The notes under the pieces were generated by a model. That model worked only from the letters and a program-made list of their open reading frames with translations, did no database searches and had not been told where the DNA came from. The position numbers and the translations under genes were made by a program. Shown here piece after piece: positions 9,439 to 19,557 of a DNA stretch of 64,000 nucleotides (within the stretch, counting starts at the first letter, position 1; each line of letters begins with the position of its first letter). Source of the stretch: a virus (Duplodnaviria > Caudoviricetes); the IMG/VR virus record IMGVR_UViG_3300037067_018293, positions 1-64,000 of that record, one strand, 5' to 3'.

Positions 9439-10727
9439 TTCGGTACCCTCACGAAGTCTTTGCCGCCACGGTACGAACGGAACCCAAAACGTTCGTAGAA
9501 CCACCGCAGTTTCTCGACCGGTATGGGTTTGGCCCGCGTGTTCATTTTGGCAAACGGCCAGGCGAATTGCGACAAGTCCAACGGGTCGGCTGTCAACGAC
9601 AACGTGCAGCAGTGCTGGTCCGCCAGGTCCGTGATGAACTGCATGGTGGCGCCGCCCGCGCCCTTGGCAGGACTGTAGGCGATGAAGTAGGTAATGTGAA
9701 CCGTCTTGACGTCCAGGTAATCAAACGTCGCGTAAACGTCGCCTGGGAACAATACCTGTACCGACGCCCTGGCTTTCGGCACCGCCTCGAAACCCGCGTC
9801 TTGACTGTCTTGTAATACTGCGGCAAGGAACGCTTCGGCCGCGTTGTGTCGTTTCGCCGCCTTGACGTCGTGCTGTATCAAGATCTCGACCAAGTCATCC
9901 GCGTCGTGCGACCAGCCAACAGAACCATCGGGACAACCCTTCGGCACGTAGGCCAAGGTCTCGGTACCGCGCGGACTCTTGATCCCCACCTGCAAACTAC
10001 AGGTCGAGTAGGACGTGACGGCGAAGGGGCGGAACGCCGGACCTACGAATTGTTTCGCCACCACGGCGTTGAGGTCGCGGGCCAACTCGTAGGACGCTAC
10101 CTCCAAGTTGGTCTTGCGAAATTGTTGGGCGTGGCGGCGCAACACCGACGCGATGGACGACCGAAGCGTCGAGACGTCGGTCGCGAGTTTGGCGGTACGA
10201 AACGTTAGGGCTTTAGGCTTTACGATCGTGACGCTGCCGTCAGGGGCGATCAAATCAATGTGTTGTGGAAACTGATCCTTAAGTTCAATGTCAAACTCGT
10301 TCCAGAACTCTAGCGTATCGTCGTCTTGTTCTTTGATAGCGAGGCGAAGATCCCGTGGCAATGCCAACTCCAACTGTTCGAAAGCGCCACGATCCTCGAT
10401 GCCGATTTCTTCTGGAAAGCCTTCCCAGCGTAACGTATCCCAAACCGAAGCCGTCAAGGGGCGAAATTCCCCATCGCGTACCTGCTGCAATAAGTCTTGG
10501 ATCGTCGCGTGGGAAGAAGCTGCTACTTTGCGCTGGTGTATCAATGGATAGCGAGCAGCGTCGTATATGTCCTCTAATTCGGCCATATCATCAGGATCTA
10601 GGTGCATGCGCCGCCGTGCCAACTCGATCAGCACTTCGTCGAAGCTGTAGCGTTTCTCGCCCGCCCACTCAGCTAAGTCCATTAAGTCTTTTCTATAGAC
10701 AGGTGGTATGTAAGCGACGTGTAGCAT
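9432..10727 (-). CDS. Protein with C-terminal GNAT-like domain (paralog 2)
   Basis: KGAGGATMQFITDLAD and FYERFGF. Confidence 0.7.
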   Translation of the reverse strand: MLHVAYIPPVYRKDLMDLAEWAGEKRYSFDEVLIELARRRMHLDPDDMAELEDIYDAARYPLIHQRKVAASSHATIQDLLQQVRDGEFRPLTASVWDTLRWEGFPEEIGIEDRGAFEQLELALPRDLRLAIKEQDDDTLEFWNEFDIELKDQFPQHIDLIAPDGSVTIVKPKALTFRTAKLATDVSTLRSSIASVLRRHAQQFRKTNLEVASYELARDLNAVVAKQFVGPAFRPFAVTSYSTCSLQVGIKSPRGTETLAYVPKGCPDGSVGWSHDADDLVEILIQHDVKAAKRHNAAEAFLAAVLQDSQDAGFEAVPKARASVQVLFPGDVYATFDYLDVKTVHITYFIAYSPAKGAGGATMQFITDLADQHCCTLSLTADPLDLSQFAWPFAKMNTRAKPIPVEKLRWFYERFGFRSYRGGKDFVRVPKC

Positions 10728-10734
10728 GATTCCT

Positions 10735-11232
10735 CTAGCAATTCGGTTTGCGTGTCATCCACTTAGGCATAATCAAATCGCTCGTACTAAATTTGAACCC
10801 GAACTTACGGTAGAAGTCATCCAACTTTTGTTGTTCCATATCTCTACGCCTTTTCACCCTAGGGTCTAAGGCGTGCAAGTTAGAAACAGAAGACTGTCCT
10901 TCAATTCTAACACAGAACATATCTGCCAATTCAGTAATTACGTGCATTAACTTAGTACCAGCCCCAGTTTTCACGCCGTAAGCTACCAAGTAGTTTAACA
11001 TTACTGTACTAGGACGATAATACAGCAAAACTGCCGATGCACCGCCTACCTCGATTCTTACAAGCCATCCTCTTTGTGCATAAGCTTGGAAGCCCCAATC
11101 TGTACTATACTGCACTAGTGCATTTAGAAATTTAGCGACTGGAGTTGTTTCCTCTTTATCTTATAAAGTCGCGTCTATTCGCTGAGCTAGTTTTTCTCCT
11201 GTAGCGTCCTCTAAGTATGGCAAATAAATCAT
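10735..11232 (-). pseudogene. GNAT-like paralog 3, with in-frame TAA at 11161-11163 or an N-terminally truncated start
   Basis: GAGTKLMHVITELAD and FYRKFGF. Homology to paralogs 1 and 2 (VAKFLNALVQ) begins upstream of the first usable start (GTG 11115). Confidence 0.55.
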
Positions 11233-11293
11233 CCTTTCGCGGAAGTTTCACGCAATCCTCGGAAACACGTTATACTTTAGTGAGAGGTACAGC

Positions 11294-11860
11294 ATGAAAC
11301 TATCTACATGGGCAAAGCAGCAAGGTGTTTCCTACAGAACAGCTTGGTCTTACTTCCACGATGGTCAAATACCAGGAGCCAAGCAACTTCCAACTGGTAC
11401 CATCATAGTACCGACCGTTAACGAACAAGTCAAGAAGAATTTTGTCGTCACGTACGCCAGGGTAAGCTCCTCGCAAAATAAGAGTAATTTGGTGCGTCAG
11501 TCCAAACGGTTGGTTCAGTACTGTAACGCAAGAGGTTGGGAAACTCACCTGAATATCCAGGAGATCGGTTCAGGTTTAAATGACCGACGTAGGAAATTAT
11601 TAAAAGTTCTGCAAGAGGGTAAAGCTACCAAACTGGTGGTGGAGCACAAAGATCGCCTCACTAGGTTTGGTTTTACCTACATTGAGGCGCTGTGTCAACA
11701 CATTGGCTGTGAGCTAGTAGTTTTGAACAATACCAAAGGAAACAAAGAGGATTTGGTACAAGATTTTGTTTCTGTCGTGACATCTTTCTGTGCTCGGCTA
11801 TACGGGCAACGCCGAAGTAAACGAGCCACAGAGAAACTAATTAAAGAACTCGACAAATGA
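11294..11860 (+). CDS. tnpA: IS607-family serine-recombinase transposase
   Basis: N-terminal HTH (WAKQQGVSYRTAW), YARVSS catalytic motif, EIGSGLN, EHKDRLTRFGF. Confidence 0.95.
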   Translation: MKLSTWAKQQGVSYRTAWSYFHDGQIPGAKQLPTGTIIVPTVNEQVKKNFVVTYARVSSSQNKSNLVRQSKRLVQYCNARGWETHLNIQEIGSGLNDRRRKLLKVLQEGKATKLVVEHKDRLTRFGFTYIEALCQHIGCELVVLNNTKGNKEDLVQDFVSVVTSFCARLYGQRRSKRATEKLIKELDK

Positions 11861-13125
11861 TCCGCTCGACTAAACACACGCTCGGGTACTGCAACCAAGA
11901 CAAGCACGACGTGCTGTTGGACCTTATTGATGAGTATAGACTCATCGCACAAGAAATGATCGATTGGATTTGGAACAATGGTTTAGATACATTTGACCCC
12001 ACGACCAGAAAACTCCAATTGCCTAAATATTTATCATCCGAGATCGTAAATCAATTCAAAACTTGGATGTCGGCTCGTTTGCTCCAGTGTTGTGGTAAGC
12101 AAGTGATCGGTATGTTGAACGCATCGGTAGCGAAGCAACGAAAACGTTTCCACGTCCTTCGTAAACTCCAGAGGAAAGGCGAAGACTGCGTAAACCTCCA
12201 ACGCTACGTAGACGCCCATCCCGTCGTTAAGCCAGACGCTAGTAAAATCAACCTAGAACTAGATGGCCGTTTCGTAGACTTTCAAAAGACCGACGGTGCA
12301 TTTGATTTGTTTATTCGTTTATCATCTATAGGAGATAAACTTCAGATCAACATCCCGATTCGACATCACCGCTGTAGTCGTAAGTGGATGAAGCGAGGAC
12401 AGATAAAAACGTCCATACGCTTGGCTCCAGATTATGTATGTTTATTTTACGACGTAACGGCGCTCAATAAGAAAAAGAAAGGTAGAGTATTGGGCTGTGA
12501 CCAGGGTTATGCGACCACCGCTAGTTTTGCAGACCAGACGCTCCAGCATACTCAAACAACTCCTGAACGTTGTACCCACGGGCATGATCTAAAATCCATA
12601 TGTACTAAAATATCCCGACGTAAATCTGGTTCCAAGGGTATGGCACGAGCCAGAGCCCACAGAAAGAATTTCATCGGTTGGTCGTTGAATCAAATTAGTT
12701 TTGCTCACGTCAAGCAAGTTAATCTTGAGGAAGTTGTTAACCTACGAAAAGGAAAACGACAACCAAACGCATCACTAATGCACTGGACCTACACCCAGAT
12801 CAAGGACAAAATGGAACGCTTGGCAGAAGAGAAAGGTTTTCTCCTCCAAGGGAATTCTAGTCCTTTTAGATCACAGCGGTGTAGTTCCTGTGGCTGGGTC
12901 CTTAAAACGAATAGAAAAGGTAAGACGTTCACCTGTAGTCGTTGTGGTTTCCACCATGACGCAGATCTGAATGCGGCTTCCAATCATTCGTTTGATCTCG
13001 TAGAGATCCCCTTCTGGGTAAGGCGACGGAAACTAAACCGTCAAGGTTTCTACTGGCTAGAAACTGGTTTATTTACCGTCGGTCACGAGCCTATAGTCCG
13101 TGATGCCAAGGAAAGCTTTTCCTAG
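11857..13125 (+). CDS. tnpB: TnpB RNA-guided endonuclease (IS607-associated)
   Basis: RuvC-I LGCDQG, RuvC-II LEEV, zinc finger CSSCG...CSRCG, RuvC-III DADLNAASN. Confidence 0.9.
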   Translation: MIRSTKHTLGYCNQDKHDVLLDLIDEYRLIAQEMIDWIWNNGLDTFDPTTRKLQLPKYLSSEIVNQFKTWMSARLLQCCGKQVIGMLNASVAKQRKRFHVLRKLQRKGEDCVNLQRYVDAHPVVKPDASKINLELDGRFVDFQKTDGAFDLFIRLSSIGDKLQINIPIRHHRCSRKWMKRGQIKTSIRLAPDYVCLFYDVTALNKKKKGRVLGCDQGYATTASFADQTLQHTQTTPERCTHGHDLKSICTKISRRKSGSKGMARARAHRKNFIGWSLNQISFAHVKQVNLEEVVNLRKGKRQPNASLMHWTYTQIKDKMERLAEEKGFLLQGNSSPFRSQRCSSCGWVLKTNRKGKTFTCSRCGFHHDADLNAASNHSFDLVEIPFWVRRRKLNRQGFYWLETGLFTVGHEPIVRDAKESFS

Positions 13126-13454
13126 TGAAAAGCAACTATCTTCCTGTGCGAAATCCACCACGGCTTTGGCGACGTGTGGCTCATCCAATTCGTACGCCAG
13201 GTACTGACGTACAAACTTCGAGACTGTCGGCGTCAACGTTTTGAGCAACTCGTCGGAGTTCATCGCCGCGTTGATGAGCTGGCGTTCCGTCGCTTGCTTC
13301 AGGGCTCGATCAAGTACACGATGTTGGCGACCTAGTAACCGCGCCAACGCATCACCACCGACGGTGAATTCTACGCGCACGAGCGAAACATAATCTTCAC
13401 CGGCTAGGGGTTCTTGTCCCGATGCGAAATCTATGTCGATGATGTTGATGTCCA

Positions 13455-14099
13455 TCACGCTTCCTCGTCGTTCTTTTCTTTGCCGCCCAAGAATACGTCC
13501 AGGCGCTTCAGGAGAATATCCCGTGCCGCCTCCAAGTGGCCCGACACGTCCTTCGCCAGCATGATGACGTCGTTGGCCTCGCCGGCCACGGGCTCGCCGT
13601 CCGCTTTCGCTTCGTGGATCTCTTGCTCGACGTCGTGGAGCCGCTGGATCATGTTGTTGGCGTCGGACAGCACGCCCAACAGTTCGTTCAGCAAACCCTC
13701 GGTTGAGGAATCGAACGCGGCGGTCTTGGTCTGGGCGAACGCCCGAGGCTTCGGCGCCATCGTGCGCTTCGGTACTTTGGACATCCGGGGCGAAAACGTA
13801 TCGATGACCGCGACGTCCGCGTGTTGCAACTGCTTCAGGGCGTCCTGTAGATTACCACCACGTAGCAGGCGTGTCAGTGGCGCGACGCCGTGATCTCCGA
13901 ACGTGTAGCCGTTCTCCTCAAAACCCCAGTCGGTTGCCGCTGTGTTGAGCAGGTCCTCGACGTAAGCGTCCTCGTCGACGGTTTGGTCGTACGGGATCCG
14001 CTCGACGTAGAGCTGGACCTTTTCGTTGCTCGCGACGTCAACGACCCAAACGTAGGCCACCACGATGTTCTGTTTTTCTGAACGTAACGCGGTTCTCAT
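13455..14099 (-). CDS. Hypothetical protein
   Basis: 214-aa ORF overlapping the start of the next gene. Confidence 0.7.
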   Translation of the reverse strand: MRTALRSEKQNIVVAYVWVVDVASNEKVQLYVERIPYDQTVDEDAYVEDLLNTAATDWGFEENGYTFGDHGVAPLTRLLRGGNLQDALKQLQHADVAVIDTFSPRMSKVPKRTMAPKPRAFAQTKTAAFDSSTEGLLNELLGVLSDANNMIQRLHDVEQEIHEAKADGEPVAGEANDVIMLAKDVSGHLEAARDILLKRLDVFLGGKEKNDEEA

Positions 14100-14127
14100 G
14101 TTTGCTCCTGCGATCCCTTGGACCGCA

Positions 14128-15541
14128 CTAGTACTCGGAATTGATCTCAGTCAATATGTTAGGGTTGACGACAAAAATCTGAGCGTAACCTGCGGCGTAG
14201 TCACGACGATCCCACACTACATCAAAACCAGCTTTTGCGAGTTTAATGACAGTACCTAGATTGTCTCCTACGGAATCCATACTCTCGTGTACAAGCGGCA
14301 TCCAAATACCATTTTGGTATTCGTGGTGGTGTGTAATATCACCCCAAATAGCTGTAGGGTCTATGGTAAACGCATAGACATATTTACCAAGATATTCCAA
14401 CGGAGAATCAGATAAATACAGGGGACGCATTGGTTCTACCAATATATTGTCTGACGCGTGGTACCAAATTGAATTATCCGTGGGGCGCGTGGCGGCTTCA
14501 CAATAAACAGCCCCTCGGTACCGCAGCACCGACGCGGCCTTCTGGTTCACGATCTCGGGATTGCGCTGATCGTACAAGACCTTACCCTTTTGGTCAGTCC
14601 ACAGCATGTGCTGACTGGATGACTCGGCGAAAAACTGAATCATTTGGTTGATGTATTGCTGGGCGCCCGCCGCGACAAAATCCACCCGCCCTACTAAATA
14701 ATAACCATCGCGCTTATATCGGTCGTAATCGTCGTCCCAATGGAACACCGCTAATATGCGGTTAGCGCCGCCGTAACCGACGGGTTCGGTGACGCGGACT
14801 TTGTGTAGTTTTTGTTGCCAGTTCTCTTTGGGCAAATCGGCAGCGCGCCGCACCGCCGCGAGGGCTCGCTGTGTCGCGGCTTTCAGTTGCTCGAATAACT
14901 CGGCGGCCGATTGTTTGGGACCGAATTGTTCGTAAAGATGTCGAACGCTCCAGTACTGACCAGCGTAACGTTCTGATTCCGACGCCAACTGCGTCAGGAC
15001 CTGCAGCTCTGCTACGTCGGCGATCGCGGGTACGATACGCTGTTTTTTCTTGCGGGCTAATGTTCCACTGTTCCGCAATGACGTTGTCAACAAACCACTC
15101 GGCCATTTCCACATAATCTAGTGTTCCCGACTCCATATCGTTGAGCAGTAGGTAGTCCGATGCTTCTACCATGCGGTAAACGGCGTGAAAGAAGCGGTCC
15201 GCAATTTTTTTGCGTGAGGACAACGGAAACAAATCGTCCTCGTCGATCGTGATGGCGGGACCCCGAGTTTCGATCTGCGCGACGACGCCGACGCGATCGC
15301 CGCCGAACTTTTGTTTTGCGAGACCAGAGAATTTGGTTACGCCCCACGGATCTACGCCAAAGTACACGCCACCCAGCGATTCGTAGTGCCGTTCCGCTAC
15401 TGGTTTGTCCCGCTGTACGTCGAACGACCGCTTCGGCGGGTTGGGATTCAGCCCTTCCTTGAGGATACGGCGAAGAACCTGGCCATCGGAACCGGCGGCG
15501 GTCCCGTGGTACATTGTTAATTTAGCGGCGGTACGAAGCAT
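14128..15541 (-). pseudogene. Frameshifted gene with ART-like (ADP-ribosyltransferase-fold) domain(s)
   Basis: N-terminal MYHGT...GLNP...GVYFG and a later WYHAS...PLYLS. The two ORF-track frames join (...ISPQEK-QRIVPAIAD...) if one A is removed from the A6 run at 15043-15048. Confidence 0.6.
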
Positions 15542-15577
15542 CGCGATCCCCTTACAACAAAACCGAAACGAGGCGAG

Positions 15578-16144
15578 CTACGGATCCAACCACAGGACGT
15601 CAGGCAACGCCACATGGATCTGACGACCGGGTGGTGCGTGTCGCCGCAACACCAAAGCCGCGTGATCTGGATCCAACTTCAAATCGTCTTGCGTGATGTT
15701 GGCAGCGTAGGACTCGGCCAACCCAATATCCTGCCGAATACTAAGTTGTCGCTGAAAAGAATTGTGCACCGTGTAGACCGACAACGTAATGAGGTCGTCT
15801 ACCAGGCTGTACGTGAGCCAATTCTTTTCGATGACCCACGCGGTCCACATGCCCTCGATCATGCCGCGCCAGTGCGCCACGGTATCGCGAAGGGTCTGGA
15901 CTTCATGACGAGACAGTTTGTCCGCGTCCTTGGTGTCTACCTGGAACGTCCTGACGCCCATGTTCTCCAACCATACGTGAATGACGTTCGGGCCCGTTTG
16001 GCTTTTCTTGTCGACCGTCTGGATGTGCATGCGCTGGTGATCCGACGACCACCAACCCCAATCGTGGCGTACGACCTGCGGCAACACCACCGACATGGCG
16101 GTACGGACGTAAGGATAACCTCGGTAAATTATGGGTTTAGACAT
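15578..16144 (-). CDS. Hypothetical protein, paralog of 35209-35769
   Basis: Shares HDWGWWSSDHQxMHIQT and an overall alignment with the 35209 gene. Confidence 0.75.
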   Translation of the reverse strand: MSKPIIYRGYPYVRTAMSVVLPQVVRHDWGWWSSDHQRMHIQTVDKKSQTGPNVIHVWLENMGVRTFQVDTKDADKLSRHEVQTLRDTVAHWRGMIEGMWTAWVIEKNWLTYSLVDDLITLSVYTVHNSFQRQLSIRQDIGLAESYAANITQDDLKLDPDHAALVLRRHAPPGRQIHVALPDVLWLDP

Positions 16145-16189
16145 ATTTCTGTACCTCCACCCATAGACTACACCATACCTAAATAAAAA

Positions 16190-18070
16190 TCAAGTGGTGA
16201 TTGCACGGTATTGGGATCCCCTAAACCATAAGGTATTGCCTACCTTCTGCCACACCGCAGTTTTGATCTTCTTTTCCACGAAACGTCTGAAGCGTTTTAA
16301 CTGGTCTCGTGTCAGCTCTCGTCCTGCAACGTACGCGGCAAACGTTTCGGCAAATTCTTCTTCTGGATTGGTAGAACCGTAAAGCGTAATGGGTTGAATT
16401 TTGCCGAACCATTCAGCAAACTCAGCCCTCTGTACCTGTGACATAAACTTAAACCAATGGCGGTGAGCTAGTTCGTGTATCAATAGATCATTCATACCAG
16501 CGTAATCGGCGGCATATATTCTGATCGCATCATTTCTATAATCATAGTCTCCCGTGACTTTACTATCCTTCAACGGTCCCTGCTGAACATTCCAACCTGC
16601 CGTCGTGGGCCAAACATAAACATCCCCATACCATAGATGATCGAGTCGTTTACGTTCTAACGTGTTTCTAACCTGCTGTGCTATCCTGGCGATTACTTCA
16701 ATACTAATGGGATCGCGTTCTCCCTCTGGTGTGTAACGAGGGTAAAGAGACCGAATGTCTTGCATTACGATCTTGACTTTGCCAACCTCTCGTTCCCTTG
16801 GCCTCCGGATATGACTTAGCGGAAGATCATTGGAAAACCCCGCAGCATTGAGCCAACGTGTAATCGACCCCAGTACGTTACGAGAGAATAGACTATCGAC
16901 GTTCTTTATGTTCTCGGTTGCACGCCGTTTCCATTTTGATGCCAAGTAACGCATTTGGTAATGATCTATATTTTGATCGTAATCACGCCACGCTGGATCC
17001 CGTTCATCCATTAGGTCTGGTGGATGTCGTTCCAACCATAAGATGAAATCCGCCCCCGCTTTAAGGTTTTCGTCGATGGCCGCAAGATCTGTTTTAATCT
17101 TTTTGTTTATTGCGACGGGATCTGCACTCTTGGTTGGCGATGTTTTGCTGAACGGCTTGGCGTCAGCAGGCTGCCACATACCACGCACTAAAAATAAGTC
17201 TTGAGCAAAAGCGGAGAGAGCTTCGCGTAACGACGTGATGGCTTGAACATAAGGGCGTGAATCAGCCCCTTGCCCCTGATCTACAAGCGACAACGATGTC
17301 TTGACCTGTTTCTTCCACCACTTATTGACGCTCTGTACCCAGCGGGGTGATATTTCCACAAATTCACTTTCGTACAGAGCAAATCTACGCATCGTAGATC
17401 CAACTTTCTGCCACGTCGTCTGGTTCACGAGTTTCTCGTGCACCCGAATCAACTGCGGTGGAATTGTTCTGCGATACGCTATGTTGCCGAGGGTCGCGAG
17501 GGATTCCTCCACCGTGAAAGCGTCGGCATCCTCGTCAATCTCGGCATAGCTTTCGCGTAGCCCTGGTCCGACGGCCAAAATGATGGGAACGCCACCGTGC
17601 TGGCGCGCTGCGTCCCGTGCCGCCATCGCAGCAGTGTTGTGCTGCGTCGTCAGGTAGATCCAATCACAACGACCCGCTGGTGCATCGTAACGTGCCCCGT
17701 ACGTCGGACACACGTTGGTTTCGCTACGGGGGCGTAAACCATTCACCAGAATATCGTCCAGGAACGCGTCGGTGGTGCCGTGCAGAAATACAACGTCTTG
17801 GATCCGTTGTTTCGGCATCGCCAACAAAGTCGCGACGCTCTCGACGGGACCGTCGAACTCAATGGCGTCGGGTAGCTCTGGGTACTGCTGAACGATCTCG
17901 CGCAACGCCGCCAGGAAATTGGTGTGGTGCTGCGTCGCGTTTGTCACCTGTAGGACGTTGCCACGCCGATTCGTATGCAATCGCCACCAACCCCCTGGTG
18001 GGATGTCGAAACACGACTCCACGTAGTCCCACGTGTCGTTGTGATGAGGACCGTAAAAACAACCCTTCAT
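16190..18070 (-). CDS. ART-like domain plus C-terminal zincin metallopeptidase-like fusion
   Basis: FLHGTT...ILVNGLRP...IYLTT (ART/Tpt1-like H-G-T); LLIHELAHRHW...EEEFAETFAAY (HExxH). Confidence 0.65.
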   Translation of the reverse strand: MKGCFYGPHHNDTWDYVESCFDIPPGGWWRLHTNRRGNVLQVTNATQHHTNFLAALREIVQQYPELPDAIEFDGPVESVATLLAMPKQRIQDVVFLHGTTDAFLDDILVNGLRPRSETNVCPTYGARYDAPAGRCDWIYLTTQHNTAAMAARDAARQHGGVPIILAVGPGLRESYAEIDEDADAFTVEESLATLGNIAYRRTIPPQLIRVHEKLVNQTTWQKVGSTMRRFALYESEFVEISPRWVQSVNKWWKKQVKTSLSLVDQGQGADSRPYVQAITSLREALSAFAQDLFLVRGMWQPADAKPFSKTSPTKSADPVAINKKIKTDLAAIDENLKAGADFILWLERHPPDLMDERDPAWRDYDQNIDHYQMRYLASKWKRRATENIKNVDSLFSRNVLGSITRWLNAAGFSNDLPLSHIRRPREREVGKVKIVMQDIRSLYPRYTPEGERDPISIEVIARIAQQVRNTLERKRLDHLWYGDVYVWPTTAGWNVQQGPLKDSKVTGDYDYRNDAIRIYAADYAGMNDLLIHELAHRHWFKFMSQVQRAEFAEWFGKIQPITLYGSTNPEEEFAETFAAYVAGRELTRDQLKRFRRFVEKKIKTAVWQKVGNTLWFRGSQYRAITT

Positions 18071-18091
18071 CCTTCTTCAGCGTTTCCTCCC

Positions 18092-19471
18092 CTAGCTAAA
18101 GCAAGGGGTCTCCACGCTGCTCCTTTGTATCAACCAAGTTGAACTACTTTCCAAAAGTTTACAATCTTTTGCCTTAGCAGAAGCATGAACCTTTGTTCCA
18201 TCCAGCAGTCTAATGTCAAAATATCCTGTGGTTCTACGCCCAAATACAAAACACTCCTGACCTTTCCACGACACTTTATCATAGCGTTGGAACCCTATAA
18301 TAAATCTAGCGGCTGTATTTCTTACTCCACTGTGTGAGCCCTTAAAGAGTTTTCTATTTTGTTTCCTAACTTGTTTAATTTGATACGACTGACTTCTAGA
18401 ACGATCTATTCTGCTGGCAATCACAAAAGCGTCGTTTGCATGACTCTTGGGCAACCCTAGCAATATTCTGTTGTGCTTAGTAACGTAACCATAAGTGGTT
18501 TTACATTCTAGTTGATCAACTAATCGCCATCGCACCATCGTCATGAAGGTTTCGGCTTTGAACCCCTTGGTGGGCTTTGCCTTCAGTTTGATTTTGTTAG
18601 CATGGTGTTCGTCATGACATGCTTTACAAAGAGTAATCAAATTAGCTGGTCTATTTCCACCTGTTTTCCTAGATTCCAAATGGTGGACTTGTAGGATAGG
18701 AACATTAGACTTACCTTTGCAATGACGACACTTATGGTTGTCTCGATAAAGAACATATTCTCTTACGTTCCAGAAATCTTTTTGTTCTCCATCTTGATAA
18801 TCTTTACCTTGGATCTCTGGGTTCTTTATCTTCTGAATATCGAAAGCCGCTACCTCCACGATGATATGAGTAATGGGTAATATTTTCTTTACCTGTGCTA
18901 CCAACCTAACGTGACTATCTAGTTTGTGTTGGATACTAGGAGCTAACCAACCTTTTGGTTTACGTCTGTTTAGGAAACGAGCCTGACGATAACGAGTCTT
19001 CCTACTACGTCTATTACTTCTGTACGCTCTTTTCTCTGCTAGTAGATCCACCATATCGGTTCTGAGTTGGACTTCAGCAGAATAAAGTTCTTGCTTTTTA
19101 GAAATCGCCGATAAGCCAACATGCTTGAAACCACTGTCCACCCCTAACCTGATGGGTTGTTTATAACCCGTGCTACCATAGAGTAGCTGGATGGTAAAAG
19201 GTGTTCGTTTCTTTACCTTGGCTTTTCCTTCCTTTAGCAATACCCTGGCTTTTCTAGGAGTCGTGGGCATCAACGGTTCACCACGATGGTTCAGTACGTA
19301 CACTAACGTTAAGCGTACCCCCTGTTCACGGGTTAGGTCCTCATCGGGATGGTTGGATAGAGTTTTTAAGCCAGCCACACCACTCCTACCTCTTGGAGTT
19401 TTTAATGACTGGCCACAGTTGCTACGAACTTGAGGAGCATTCGTAGGTGTGTATGTATCTCTTCTACCCAA
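18092..19471 (-). CDS. iscB: RNA-guided endonuclease IscB (start uncertain)
   Basis: PLMP, RuvC-I/II/III and HNH motifs intact; close paralog of 2477-3874. Confidence 0.95.
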   Translation of the reverse strand: MGRRDTYTPTNAPQVRSNCGQSLKTPRGRSGVAGLKTLSNHPDEDLTREQGVRLTLVYVLNHRGEPLMPTTPRKARVLLKEGKAKVKKRTPFTIQLLYGSTGYKQPIRLGVDSGFKHVGLSAISKKQELYSAEVQLRTDMVDLLAEKRAYRSNRRSRKTRYRQARFLNRRKPKGWLAPSIQHKLDSHVRLVAQVKKILPITHIIVEVAAFDIQKIKNPEIQGKDYQDGEQKDFWNVREYVLYRDNHKCRHCKGKSNVPILQVHHLESRKTGGNRPANLITLCKACHDEHHANKIKLKAKPTKGFKAETFMTMVRWRLVDQLECKTTYGYVTKHNRILLGLPKSHANDAFVIASRIDRSRSQSYQIKQVRKQNRKLFKGSHSGVRNTAARFIIGFQRYDKVSWKGQECFVFGRRTTGYFDIRLLDGTKVHASAKAKDCKLLESSSTWLIQRSSVETPCFS

Positions 19472-19555
19472 CGTTTACTGTCTCCTTTCTGGATCCAGTT
19501 CCCTAGTCAACCAGGGGCTCTTTCAAGCCCCTACCTGAAGGTAGGGGTGGTTGAC
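19305..19555 (-). ncRNA. Putative omegaRNA of IscB element 2
   Basis: Begins GTCAAC...GTTGAC paired region; homologous to the other two leaders. Confidence 0.75.
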
Positions 19556-19557
19556 CG

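Larger units (their letters stand above)
11235..13144 (+). mobile_element. IS607-family element (serine recombinase TnpA + TnpB)
   Basis: Overlapping tnpA-tnpB pair. Removing 11235-13144 (shared CC core) restores an open frame in the flanking minus-strand gene. Confidence 0.85.
11156..13458 (-). pseudogene. Hypothetical gene interrupted by the IS607 (13458-13143 joined to 11232-11156)
   Basis: The rejoined sequence reads ...VVDFAQ-DDLFAILRGRYRRKTSSANRRDFIR*. Confidence 0.5.
18071..19555 (-). mobile_element. IscB (OMEGA) element 2
   Basis: Left end GTCAACCACCCCTACC-TTCA-GGTAGGGG, omegaRNA leader, iscB, right-end hairpin CCCCTTGC-TTTA-GCTAGGGG. Confidence 0.85.

Noticed and set aside
11161-11163. 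Stop-codon reassignment suggested by the in-frame TAA and the UUA-loop tRNA-like gene
   Set aside because: TAA, TAG and TGA all terminate many well-formed genes here; one internal stop next to an IS insertion is better explained by decay.
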